Shown here: one piece after another, positions 13,249-24,637 of the stretch | Numbering within the stretch: position 1 is the stretch's first letter | Layout: each line of letters starts with the position of its first letter | DNA from: Amphiscolops sp. MND2022 | Taxonomy: Eukaryota | Reading direction: 5' to 3' | DNA length: 64,000 nt | NCBI GenBank assembly: GCA_964187785.1 | Contig: OZ076410.1 | Location: 11,160,001 to 11,224,000 of the forward strand | The notes under the pieces: model-generated | Told to the model about the DNA's origin: nothing | What the model saw: only the letters and a program-made list of their open reading frames with translations | The model's database searches: none | Translations under genes and position numbers: made by a program

Positions 13249-14028
13249 ACGAACTATTGCACCGACTTCTTGAAAAATAATTGAGGTATATGCCTGGAAA
13301 GGTAAATTTTCTTGACGAGATCTCATTGCAAATCTGCAAGCAGAAAATGCCAAAAAACCTTTCTGGATAAGTTCTCTAAACACTCAAGGAAAGGGCAATT
13401 CCTTAGTAACAGCCCAACCGAACGAATAATTTTTTGGAAACACTGCTTCCGGACAAAACCCAGGCTAATAACTCCCATTTTAACAAATATCCTTGAAGTA
13501 TATAGTTTTAGACTAATGTTTCCGTCAAATCTTCAAATTAATTTGCGATAACATTTTATTTGAGACAACTGGACGACATCTCTGACACTGTTTTGTTGGT
13601 TTGTCGCTGTACTTGGGCTGAAAGAACTATCACAACCCAGCGAGATAATTCCTGGTATATTTCATTCTATCAATCCAAGGTTCTGTTTCATATACGGATT
13701 GCTTCACTGTGGTTGTTGTTTTTTGGGGAGATTGGCACACACCCAAATGTCGCATTCCTGCATTTTTCAAGGTTGCGAGGTTGAGTTTTGATGAAAAAGA
13801 ATGCCACATGTAACGCTCGGAAGTGTCTTAAGCCCTCAGGGTTGACAGACTGGGTTAATTGTAGGCTTTGCAATAGATGGCTTCAAATATAATGCGCCAA
13901 TTTGTCAAGAACGGAAGCCCGGAGCCTTGCCGAATTTAACTGTTGTAGGTGCTCCTAATAAACACGATCCCACTGTGTAAAGATGATAACTTTAGACCAG
14001 ATGCCCTTTTAATTCAGGCGTTGTTCAC

Positions 14029-16200
14029 ATGAAGAGAGTTCCTAAAAAGTCACGGATCCCCCTAGCTGAAAACTCATACCCAAAATTATTATTTGTGAAA
14101 CCCCGTCAAACATCGCTTTGTGGTGCTTATTGCACTCCTCTCCAAGCTGTATGTTTCGGACAAAAACCACCTCTAGGGGGTAAACGTCAGAGGTCATCAC
14201 TCAGTGCAATTATCAACAAGCGTATTCGGGATGGCGTCTATTTCCCCCACGCAATTGTTATTGAGAAAAACCCGAAACGCGACAAAAAACCGCAACAGAA
14301 CAGCGAGTTACATCGACGACTGCGTTTCATTTGCACTAAATTAGAAGAAAGTAATGGTAAAGCCGGAACCAGGATGGTAATAGGCGACGACAAGATTCCA
14401 GATATCACGGTCGACAGACAACTACGCGGCGGTCAAGTTGAAACATCCGCAGAGCGTATCTTGCTCTGTTCTGGACCCACAGATGTCGATTGTTTTTCAA
14501 CTCGGGAGTCTTCGTCGACAAGACTCTAAGGTCATTCCCAAACGGCTCTAGTGCAGATTTGGAAGGCGTTTCATCCTAAGTTTTGAAAGATTTGACAAAC
14601 GGGCAAACTGGACTGAATTTTCTCGGAGCCTTAAAAGATGGTGGAAGACTTTGTCTTATAGCTGTAGGCAATAATTCCGACGGTTTTCCGCAAAATGTGC
14701 CAGATACCATGTCTTCGAATCTCGTCAAACGTGGATCGGAAGTTGACAAGTAGGTGTAGGCACTTAAAGGGGCACTGAAATAGCCTCACATGTTTTCCGT
14801 TGTTTGAAAGAAAGCCCCTAGCCCAAAGAAGCAGTAATCATGAAAATTGACTTGGAAAATGCTTCCCATTTGATGGAGCGACATTTCATGCTAAGAAAAT
14901 TTTCGAGATACACGCTGAAAAATATAAGTAGTCACATTCGCCGTACAGTCAGCCAAGTTTTTTTCTGTTAATCAGTAACCAAATCTTGTGAAGGGGTCAA
15001 GCAAAGATATCCTGAGTCTCCAGTTTGTTTTCGAATACCATTCCCGATCTGATTGACAGGTTGGAGTCGAATATAACTTTTTGGTAACGCGACTATAGAA
15101 ATTTAAATGACGATTAAAGAACCGTTTTGAAAGATCTCAGAAAAAATGTTGTAGCAAAAAAACGCTTGTTTCAAAATTAAACCAACGAATTGCAAATTTT
15201 TCCCTTGCTGACATCACTGAAAGACGACGATTGACAATTCACCATCTTTCCAAGAAATATTTCCGTGCCAAACACCAAAGACAAATGAACTTATTATTCT
15301 TTATTTTTTGCTCGGGCCGAAATCGCAGGCTAACGTATTAGAAAAAAATGATGAACTGTAAAAAATTAAGTGAAAAACTTTGGTGAAAAACTAGATGCAC
15401 AATATGGTTTTTTTATGTTGGAACATTGATTCAGTTGCCTTCCCACGACAATTCCTCGGAAAACTTGTTCCGCGAGCGCTTGAGAATTGGTTGACTTTGT
15501 CCAATGAACATGAAATTTCTCTTAATGGATTTCCCGAAAAATGGGACCCAAACCTGTGTACGTCAAAACCGCCCAGGATTTGATTTCTAGAATGGATGAC
15601 AAAGGTTCAAAAGTTATTTACGTTCAAAGCCAATTCGTGTCTCAGATGCTGAACGTCGTTCCTTACTAAAACCTAGGCCTGAAACCTGATGATCAGCAGC
15701 ATCGGATTTGAACATATTTACGTCTCGGAGCCAACATCTGTGTTGCGCATACGTGCCACTGTGGTAAAAGAAATGAACGCGACGCTTTACACGGGCTTTC
15801 TTGTACCAAGAGTGCTAGTAGCTTCTCAAGTCATGGTACTCTCAATTCTATCATAAAGCTGACGTTGGGATCTCTCGCCTTACTTTCAAGGCTCGAGCAG
15901 CGTTGACTGTACCAAACTGATGGCAAACGCCCAGACGTTGTTACCAAGCTTCTTCGGGAACAGGGTAAACAGCTGTTGTGGGATGTCACTGTTGTGGATG
16001 ATCCAGTGAATTTTTTTTCAACACGCTTCTCTGTAAAATGCTGTCGTTCGCACGATGATCAACGAGCTGGCAGCTTTTGTAAGCAACGGATCTCAACGGC
16101 TCTTCAGATCGGGAATGCGGCCTGTGTTCTAGAAACTGTGAGCGACAGGAACTGAGAGACGCTTTGGAAAAAAATTTATTACAAACAGTTTATTATTAAA
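14029..16200 (+). pseudogene. Heavily degenerate CRE-like non-LTR retrotransposon (RT plus REL endonuclease)
   Basis: KLEESNGKAG near the start; degenerate RT (KIDLENA ~14845, GVKQ..PESP ~15000); REL block CAHTCHCG..HGLSC..DGKRPD..QGKQLLWDVTVVD (~15740-16000); QIGNAACVL end. Confidence 0.7.
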
Positions 16201-16329
16201 AACTTGTATATCATCATCACTTTTTAAAAGTTTGTTTCTACCGATCGACTGGGATAGTGGCTGGTATGAGTAATTTATTGGTTGTTTTTTGTTGTTATTG
16301 CTTTACTGGCATAGTGGCGGGTATGGACT

Positions 16330-16660
16330 CTCCTCCGTTCGTTGTAGACGTTTCGGTGTGTGTCTTCTACCCCGAACATGATGATACACATGGAACTTGA
16401 TTAATGAAGAAGATCCATGATAACTGATAATCTGTTGAATTTGAAATCCCATTTCCAACAAGTTGGCCACTATCTCGGGAACCCTTCACGGTACTGGCAT
16501 GATCGGTATATACTTTTTCACGATGTAAAGCTCGTCCTTCTCTTGGAATTATTTTCATCCACGTACTGTTGCTCCTCAGTGCAATTTTTGACGAAAGATA
16601 TTACCTCATCAAAGGCGACATTTGAGACTAATTGGTTTTCTAAGGCCTAATTCTTTGAGA
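16330..16660 (-). pseudogene. Remnant of the unidentified small-ORF family (copy 2)
   Basis: Reads NVAFDEVISFVKNCTEEQQYVDENNSKR; nucleotide similarity to 330-520 and 19660-19720. Confidence 0.45.
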
Positions 16661-17139
16661 AAACTTATGATGAAAAAAAACGTCTCCTCTGAATGATGCT
16701 CGAAGCATTTGTTCTTGCTTTAGTGCTCGAGTGTTCAGCTAGAACATCCACCATCGGAGTCGTTCTTCGTGAGTAATTAACGTCGCTTAATCCCATTTCA
16801 AGCCAACTGGTTACTAGTATCTACGAATTCATTCTAGCTCATTTTTTAAGGTGCAGCCCTGGAGCCTTCTCATGGATCTATTTTCACCCCCTAATGTTGC
16901 TTCATAGTGAAAAACTTGACAAACAGTTTCCGAGATTTTGGGCGGCGATGTTTCAGCATCTTTTGTTTTTCAAAGCCTATATTTCCGAGAGTATATGTGA
17001 TGCAGTGAAGATTTTCCTCTGAAATAGGCCCGACGCTAATGCATCTGTTCTAGTGGTCGAGTCTTCCAAAAGAGCAGTCGTATTCTGCGAGAAAAAAGGT
17101 CAATCGAGTTGTGAAACCCTGAATTCAGCGGTCACAAGT

Positions 17140-17580
17140 CACATGGCCTAAAGCCATTTGGCTTAGTTTTTTCGTCAAGTCAATTGCATTAAAATTTTAA
17201 AGCCAAATGACCACAAAATTAAACCAAGTATATTCTAACTCAAGGAATGGTTAACACAATCTTTTCCAGATCAAAACTGAAGTTAATTTTTAACGAAATA
17301 GTATAGAAACGAACAATGTTACGGAATGTTTAGCATATTTGTTGTATGACTCGGTCGCTTCCCACATTTATGGCACTAGAGGTATATGAAAATAGCTAAC
17401 TACGTTATAATGACAGTTTCGATTACGCGTTTTCAACTTAGAGATTTTAAGCCAAATGGCTTCAAGCCAAGTGACCACAACCCGAGACATTTGGCTTTTG
17501 AAAAATTAGGCTAGGTGACCAAATAAATTAAACCAAATAACTTTACGCCAAGCGACCAATTACCAATTATGCCAGTTGAC
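17140..17580. mobile_element. Second foldback/MITE copy (family of 676-1219)
   Basis: Same arm motifs (GCCATTTGGCTTAG; AAGCCAAGTGACCACAA; CCCGAGACA; TTATGCCAG) with a different, shorter centre that contains CATATTTGTTGTATG..CTCGGTCGCTTC. Confidence 0.6.
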
Positions 17581-17962
17581 TACTAATATCTGTGGAACCA
17601 TGCAAAATACTGGTATGATGGTTTTCATGGTGCAGCTTCGGACGCCTTCTTGTGGAACTCTTTCAAACCCCTAATTTTGCTCCCCACTGAATTTGTCAGA
17701 CAAAATGTTTGTTACACAAAGGCAACAAATTAAAGAACTTAGTTTTTAAAGGCATAAATCTACAGGGGTATTTGTGATACAGTAACAAGTCATCCTCGAA
17801 AAGGAGCAATGTTGCATTTGTTCTAGTGCTAGAGAGTGCAACCAGAGCAGTCTCCATCACAGACGTATTTCGTGAGAAGAGATGGTCGGTTGTGTTTGAA
17901 ACCCTATTTTCCATGCAGTTGGCTTCTAATAACTCGGAGAATTTTTCGAAAAAGTTTCATGA

Positions 17963-18821
17963 GGGAAGGACTAAGGTCCTCCGGTGTCGTTCTGATGAAA
18001 GGCAGACCTACAATCCTTTTTTGTAATTTTAGATTTAAACCCAGTTGTTCTGTCATCATTTCCCTGATTGTATGATGACGAACCTGACTCACTGTCCCTG
18101 TTTCCTGAAGACAATGAACTCACCACACTTTGAATTCTGGTATTACTCTTTCAGCTGTTGCAGAGTTCGTGGCTCTATTAATTTGCGAGTGCATCATGGA
18201 CATCGTGGAGTCCATTTCTTGAGACAGTCTCAAAGTAGTTTCTTTTGTGAATGTTTCCATACATTCCAAGAATCTATCCTGTCTAGGAATTGCGTTTTCA
18301 TTACCAAAATCTCTAAATTCATTCTTCTGGGAAGAATTTCCAATAGGATAAGAATTGGACTCATTGTCAAATTGGTTTACTGATCCCTCAATTGTATTTG
18401 TTACTTCCCTTTCAATAGGATTTTTGTTTTCGTTTCCTATTATTATTTCTAGATTATCGAGATCAGAAATCATGTCCATTTCTCTAGATTTACTTGCTTC
18501 TGCTTTCTGTCTTCTTGTTGAAGGCATAAGAAATTGTTACAAGGGAAGATTTCATTTTATTCTGTCTTGAAAATCAAAGTTTTGTTTTAACTGAACGTAA
18601 CAAGTACGTAAATGAGAATAGTCCCCGTGACTAGATGTATCGAGTTCATATACCCAAATCCACATGACACTCAACATATGGAAAATTATGAGGCTACTTT
18701 CAGAACAAAGGGTGTGAAAAAGTAAAAAAAAAGTAATGCAACGTGTCACTACAAATACCTGGTGACGTAATTTGCCATTCTATTTTGAGTATCAAAGCCT
18801 CGCCGGCCCAATTTGTTTACA
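17963..18821 (-). mobile_element. Probable old solo LTR of a relative of element A, containing the gag N-terminus
   Basis: ORF 18120-18527 (MPSTRRQKAEASKSREMDMISDLDNLEIIIG) is clearly homologous to element A gag (MPSTRKQKAKERRSRQLDMLSDVENVDIMLG). A TGTAA start is possible at 18821; coding similarity fades near 17965 with no further gag or pol. Boundaries are inferred. Confidence 0.5.
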
Positions 18822-19299
18822 GTGACGTTGAAGCTTTCAAATAGCGGCAACACGTACTCTAAATTTTTCCATATAATAACAAACGTATTTTAGATGCTTA
18901 AGTATTAATTAAAGACACTAAGGCGAATACGTCCATCACACAGAGCAACAGGAACAAACTACTAATAATTTGCATGTGAATTAGGAGAAACTCGGTACAC
19001 GGCCTTCATGTCCTTCTTCTCTTAGGGGGACCAAAATCCAAGGAAGGGGGAGAATACTCGTTAGCAAAGTGAATTCAAGCCCAAGGCCTTAGTCTCAATG
19101 GCAGAGACGTAATACTACATTGAGAAGCATCGATTAAAAGTATACTTTAGCTACTTTACAACAACACTTCAATCACTAAGTAAAAAGCACTACTCTAAAT
19201 GAATGAGAGCCACAGTGGCTTGCCGTCCGAGAAGAATGTTAATGAGTACCGCTTGGCCAGCTAGTCTTTAATATTACTAATAGCGCACAGTCATTAAAA

Positions 19300-19800
19300 G
19301 CACAAAATGGCGGCACCTGATTGGTTGAGAATGAAAGAGACGGCTTGTTTAAGGCGACAGGCAAGAAAATACTTGCACACGTTTCCTTTGCCTGTTCGCC
19401 TTGGTGTCCAATACTGCTTCAAATTGTATAAATAATCACTTTTGCATATGAAAATAATAAACTTACATGACTGTTTTTCAAAATGCTGGAGTTTTGATCC
19501 AAAAGTTTGTAGATTATTGGCGGAAATCCATTGTGTTTTTCTCAATCAAGGGGGTTTGTCACATGGAGAGTTTTGTTGTAGTCGTAAGCGATGGAGTACA
19601 CGTTGCCATCGCAGGCATTAGCCTGCGACACTTGAAATTTAAATACCTTGTCATTGTGCTCTCTTGGTGCCTTCTCGTGGAATTATTTTCATCGCAAAGT
19701 TGCTACATAGTAAAGTTTAGACAGAAACGTTCGATGATCAAATGCGAAAGTTTAGCATTTTTAGTACCTACGGCCGATATCTTCGAGGCTGTTTCTGTTG
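19300..19800 (-). pseudogene. Remnant of the unidentified small-ORF family (copy 3) plus a second Cys-containing remnant ORF
   Basis: DENNSTRRHQE..YLNF / VSQANACDGNVYSIAY (frameshifted), followed by LQHFEKQSCKFIIFICKSDYLYNLK. A similar LQH..C.C...D.C sequence is present at ~17700-17830. Confidence 0.45.
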
Positions 19801-20406
19801 CAGTGTGATTTTGTCCTCTTAAAAATGCCTAAATAATGACTTCTGTTCTAATGCGTAGTCGTGGAAAAAGGCAAGTGACTAGTAAGTGAGCCGGTTGAAT
19901 TGGAACCTTTCATCCACCTTCCTTTCTTGTTACACCTTTCACTCAATTCTTTACTAATATACTGAACTCTCAAGTATTAAATTCCCAAGACATCTTTCAA
20001 TTAAAGAAAAATTCCTGATGGCCATTGCCCAGACATTGCCGACGTCAATGCGACTGCTGATGACATTGTGAACATCAAGGTCACTTTGGAAAGCAGAGCA
20101 TTTACAATCCACTCTCTAGTACCTGATGATTGCCGACTATTCCTCCCTCAAAACTTAGTACACCTTCTTTTGATGCATTTTACAAAAAAACAGGTTTCCA
20201 GTGAACCATAACAGTGCGGTACTTTAAAAAACTCGATCGATCACTGGGCTGTAAATGACGGAATTCTGAGTAATCTAAGTGTAGATATTCAAGTGAGAGA
20301 CGTTTACGTAAAACAAGCTGGGAACGGCTCAAGTCGGCGCCATGTCTAAGGCTCAACAAATTATGTGAAAGTTAGCGGAAAAAATTGGAAAAATTGGGTA
20401 AAAATG

Positions 20407-20597
20407 AAAACGTTTTATCCGAACTTTGAAAACGATACATCCGAACTTTGAAAACGTTATATCCGAACTTTGAAAACGTTATACCCGAACTTTGAAAACG
20501 TTACATCCGAACTTTGAAAACGTTGCACGTGAACTTTGAAAATGTTACATCCGAGCTTTGGAAAACGTTATATTTGAACTTTGAAAACGTTATATCC
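20407..20597 (+). repeat. 22-bp minisatellite (AAAACGTTATATCCGAACTTTG), ~8.5 copies
   Basis: Directly visible tandem units. It lies just downstream of the AACAAG..CAAGTCGGCGCC terminus (20311) shared with the 47.9 kb and 55.5 kb repeats. Confidence 0.92.
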
Positions 20598-21329
20598 TTT
20601 TGGTCCTGTTGAGTTTCTTAGATCATGTAAATTACGTTGCAAGCCTCTATGCAATATGAAATGCAAGATGAAAATTATACGAAAAGTGGACCACACAGAG
20701 TAATACAGTCAGCTGAAAAAAACAAGGTTTTTATATCCCTTCAATAATCTGGTAAAAACTGATAAACCAAAACAATGTTTTCGTTTTTATCAATGTGAGT
20801 GTCCAAGCAGAACGCTTTGAAGAGGGGTCACCCGAGCTCCCGACAACAACATCTTCCTGGAGATGACACCACTTTGCGTTACATGATTATGCGGTCTCCT
20901 TGCGCATATTCATGTGCAGCGAAACAATGTCACCCGATCTCAATTAGTCCTCAAGATGACCAATCACGCTTGGTTTAGGAAGGACATTGCTTCAAGGGGT
21001 GACGACAGCTATACCCTCAAAAATTACAAGAGAAACCACAAATAGGACAGTCGGGTTGCCACACCCAATTTTTTCGCTCTGACGTGCTTGGGCCCACTGG
21101 CCCCTGAACGAAGTACAAGACAATAACAAACAACGAAAAAGAAACAGTCAGACAGCCAATCAAATAAACCAACAATAGAAATAAATCAGTCAGTTAGCGA
21201 TACATTTGTGGATGCAAGAAAGAAAGGAAGGAAACGTTTCTGAAATGCAAAAAAATTAAACGGTAAACAAAAAAGTTTGAACAGCTGAAAGTTATGAAAA
21301 AAACTATTGGAAGTATATACAGAGAAAAC

Positions 21330-21640
21330 CTAAATTGCTTTGGAGAAAAATGTTTTCGAAAAGTCCCACAATGCCAAAAAAGGGACCGTTTGGCTTTTTT
21401 AACATTCGATGTGTTGCAAAACATAAAAAAATTGAAGCGGGGCTTTTGGAGACAATAAAAACTTTGGCCAAAATCTTTGCACAGTGTCGAAAAAAATTGA
21501 AAAAAATTTCCGAAGTATGATGCGTTTCGGAGGCATTTGTTTAGTTGAACCAGCTCAACCAAAATTTCGTCGCTTCGAGTCTCTTGGAAGAAAAAACGAG
21601 TAACTGTCGCGCTCTTTTATTTGAGAAAGCGTCGACTAAA
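21330..21640 (+). repeat. Dispersed AT-rich repeat family (AAAAGTC(T/C)CACAATGCC..TTCAACAT(C/T)C..TGTTGCAAAAC); other copies ~47480-47970 and ~54870-55580 on the minus strand
   Basis: Shared internal subrepeats. The 47.9 kb and 55.5 kb copies end in GATATGGCGCCGA..GGCTTGTT, the reverse complement of 20311-20350. Possibly a Helentron/DINE-like non-autonomous element (inference). Confidence 0.65.
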
Positions 21641-23018
21641 AACATGATCACGCGTTTGAAATTGAACGATCATTGTTGAACTAATTGCAGCACCAATGAC
21701 ATTGCCTCATCAAATTACAGTGGGTGTCACTCAATACTCAAAAAATCCTTGTTTCTCGGAAAATTCTCTTGCCCTTGACTTTTTCCACTTTTTTATAGGG
21801 ACCCGAACTCAGACTCACTGGCCGCTAGGTCGTTTCCTCTGACTTGCAACCCGGTTTGGAAATCGGCGGACCGTAGCTCTCAACCAGCCAGCCGCGTTCT
21901 GTGGTTTCGGATACATTCATGAGAAAAAAGTTTGTTTCTGCGTCGAAGCTTTCTTTCAGTGTTTTCGGTGAGCGCTTTTCCTCTCCGGTAGTTTGTTCCA
22001 TTTATAGCTTTGATTTCTTCAACAATTATTCTCACAGTTAATTCAATGTAGCCAACCATGGATAAGTTTGTATATGGTGTTGATTGTTTGTCAAAGTCAA
22101 GGTTCTTCCACCTGATTGAAAAAGGAGAAACTGATTGAAAAAGGAACTTGAAGTCAGCTGAATCTAAAAGAAATTTTTTGTCTTGTCAGCGGAATCGTGT
22201 TGCCTGTTGATGTGTTAGTTCAAGTGGGAATCAGCTTACGTAACCAGAAAACGATTTTCTCACGTCCATCTAGAGCGTTAGAGGTGTTCGGTTCCCATTT
22301 CCCATTTATTTTTGGTAATTTGGAAGGTGCGATCATGAAGAAAATGTTTTACAGTGACATCTGAAAGCGTGGTAGTGGAGTTTGGGGTAGTTGAGGTCGG
22401 CTTGCGGTGAACGGATGCGAAGAGCAAGCTTTCACTTTGCAGTCTGATAAAAACATACAGTAACTCGTCAAACTGGGTTTGTGTCTTGAAGGTTGTAGTC
22501 AAGATCGTCAATCAAATTGGGTCACTTTATTTTACCTTTGTCTGCTGTTTCAGGTCCAATGGTTTCATGTTGTATGATGAGATCTGTGTTTTGACAGCGG
22601 TAAACTGGTTTTCTTGGGTATCTGTTTTGGTTTTCTAATAGCTATAGCATGCATCAATATGTTTCCATGCTATATTCTTTGTAAAATCTACACTTTGCGT
22701 CGCTTGTCGAGGTGTCAACAATACTGATCGAAAGAATGATGTTTTCGCTTCTCTACTTTCGTATTTGTTTTCCCTCAAATAATGTGCATACAGTCTCCAG
22801 TCTCATGCTCTAAGAGAGTTTCCCTCTCGCGATTAATTTTCTGGTATCACGTTCTTTCACTAATTGGTTGGGTCTAATTTTCAGTACTCGGATGCGTCCT
22901 GTTGTTTTTTGAATTTTTTTTGGCTGTAATTGACTGGAGATTTAGATAAGGAAGGTGAATTAAAAGTAGTATATATCAACACAAAGTTTAATGCAAGATC
23001 ATGTAAACTGATAGCTAG

Positions 23019-24625
23019 TGTCGCAGGCTGCCGCCTGCGATGGCAATTTTTATCAAATTACGTTGGAAGGAGATAACTCTAACCCTCCGCCAGGAGTCCT
23101 TCCTATATAAACACTGACAAAGACCAAAAGGTCATTTAAACTACATGTAATTTATTACTATGTACAGTATTTTGAATTTTACCATGAAAGACCTGTGGTC
23201 CTTGCGGCCTCAGTGCAATTGATTATTTTAGTCCGCGAGGATGTATTTTACTATTTAGTAAATTATTTTGTGCCTGTTTTGTAATCTGAATGTTGGTGTA
23301 ATTAATAGAAAACGTGTAAATCAATGAATTAATATGATGTAATAGCATGTAGAAGAGGAAACGCGTTCAAATGAACGCCTCTTCTAATTCACTGTACTCG
23401 CTGTACCAGTATTTTGCACCAATCAAAATGCAGTATATTAGTGACGCTCCGTGGACAGAATGTCTGCCACGGTGAAATTAACGCACAAGTGCTGCTAGTG
23501 CTGTAATTGACTGTGGCTACGTGGACTTAACGTCCGCTATGGTGAAATGCTGTAATAACATGAAATCATGTATTTTGAAAGCATGTAATGTTGTAGATTA
23601 ATTCTGAATGTACTTACAGGCCAATATAAACGTTTTCTCTTTGTCGGCTTAACCGTCAAAATCCCCCCCATATGGCTCTTTGATGTATTGACGTCATGCT
23701 GACGTAACCATATTTGACGCTATTTTTAGTTTATCATAACTATATTTAGTAACATGACGCCTGTAAATTTGCTTGTCATGCAGATCAGGGTATATATAGG
23801 ACGGCCCAAGAGACCGTGGGGACCAATCTTTTGGAAGCTCAACTCGAAGTCACAATTCAACTCGAACTGTATTCAATTACAATTGAAACTTTACTTTCAG
23901 TACCATCTGTACATTTCACTCATTGACCATATAAACTTTAGTCTGTATTGCCAATTCATTGTTGTTGTGTTAATTTTCTTCAATGCCTTCAACGAGAAAG
24001 CAAAAGGCTAAAGAGAGACGCTCTAGACAGTTAGACATGCTGTCAGATGTAGAAAACGTTGACATAATGTTAGGTAGTTACTCTAGAGATGATGAAGAGA
24101 ATAATATTAGTGAAAATGAAGTGAATTTAGACTCAGGGTCTAGCAGGCCACAGCAAAGTTCAAACGTCTTAGGAGAGGATTTTAGGTCATTACCAAACAC
24201 AAATAGTAGAGAAAATAGTGAATTCACGATTGAGACTACAAGACTAATTAACGAAGAAATTTCCAGTCAAATGTCAAGAGAACTGATTGAGATTAAAACT
24301 AGTTTGAATTCCCAAATCCAAGAAGCAATTACTGACGCAATAACAAGTACAGTGCTTCCTTCTATTCAAAATGCACTAGAAATGCAGGGGAGACCTAATT
24401 TCACCATGGTGGACCGAAGGTCTGACGGGCTACATCTTAGCCCAAGGTCGACCGAATTCACCATAACGGACCAAAGGTCCAGTGGGCTACAACGGAACGC
24501 CGAAGTAGGAAATTCACAGAAAACGAAGGAAAATCGCCACAAAACGTGTTTCACTCAAGAAAATAGTAGACTGAGGTCTAGAGAGAGTTCAACAGACTCA
24601 AATAACAGCGAACAAATTCGCGACA
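23019..24625 (+). repeat. Element A 5' LTR (1607 bp)
   Basis: Matches 36130-37735 with about 11 substitutions and one indel counted by eye (~99%); 6-bp terminal inverted repeat TGTCGC/GCGACA. Confidence 0.97.
23689..23800 (+). promoter_or_regulatory. Candidate U3 promoter: palindromic TGACGTCA (CRE/ATF-like), TGACGTAA and a TATATATA box
   Basis: TGACGTCA 23689-23696, TGACGTAA 23700-23707 and TATATATA 23791-23798, ~190 nt upstream of the gag ATG. Motif match only. Confidence 0.4.
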
Positions 24626-24637
24626 TGGTGACAGGAG
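24626..24637 (+). promoter_or_regulatory. Element A primer-binding site, embedded in the gag reading frame
   Basis: TGGTGACAGGAG immediately follows the LTR-terminal CA. It has one mismatch to the TGGTGTCAGGAG tRNA-Leu-type PBS; the tRNA assignment is tentative. Confidence 0.75.

Noticed and set aside
17965-19630. One 1.66-kb diverged element A-type LTR starting at the TGTCGCAGG at 19630
   Set aside because: The intervening DNA shows no similarity to the A LTR, there is no PPT before 19630, and the motif is explained by the shared ORF domain.
20407-20597. Possible CRISPR array (also 53003-53635 and 1637-1725)
   Set aside because: Head-to-tail units with no unique spacers, no cas genes and a eukaryotic context.
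21700-22900. Degenerate LINE-like or coding remnant on the minus strand flanking element B
   Set aside because: Too decayed; no diagnostic motif could be read with confidence.
23754-24011. 85-aa ORF in both LTRs
   Set aside because: Spans the TATA/R region with AT-biased composition; duplicated only because the LTR is.
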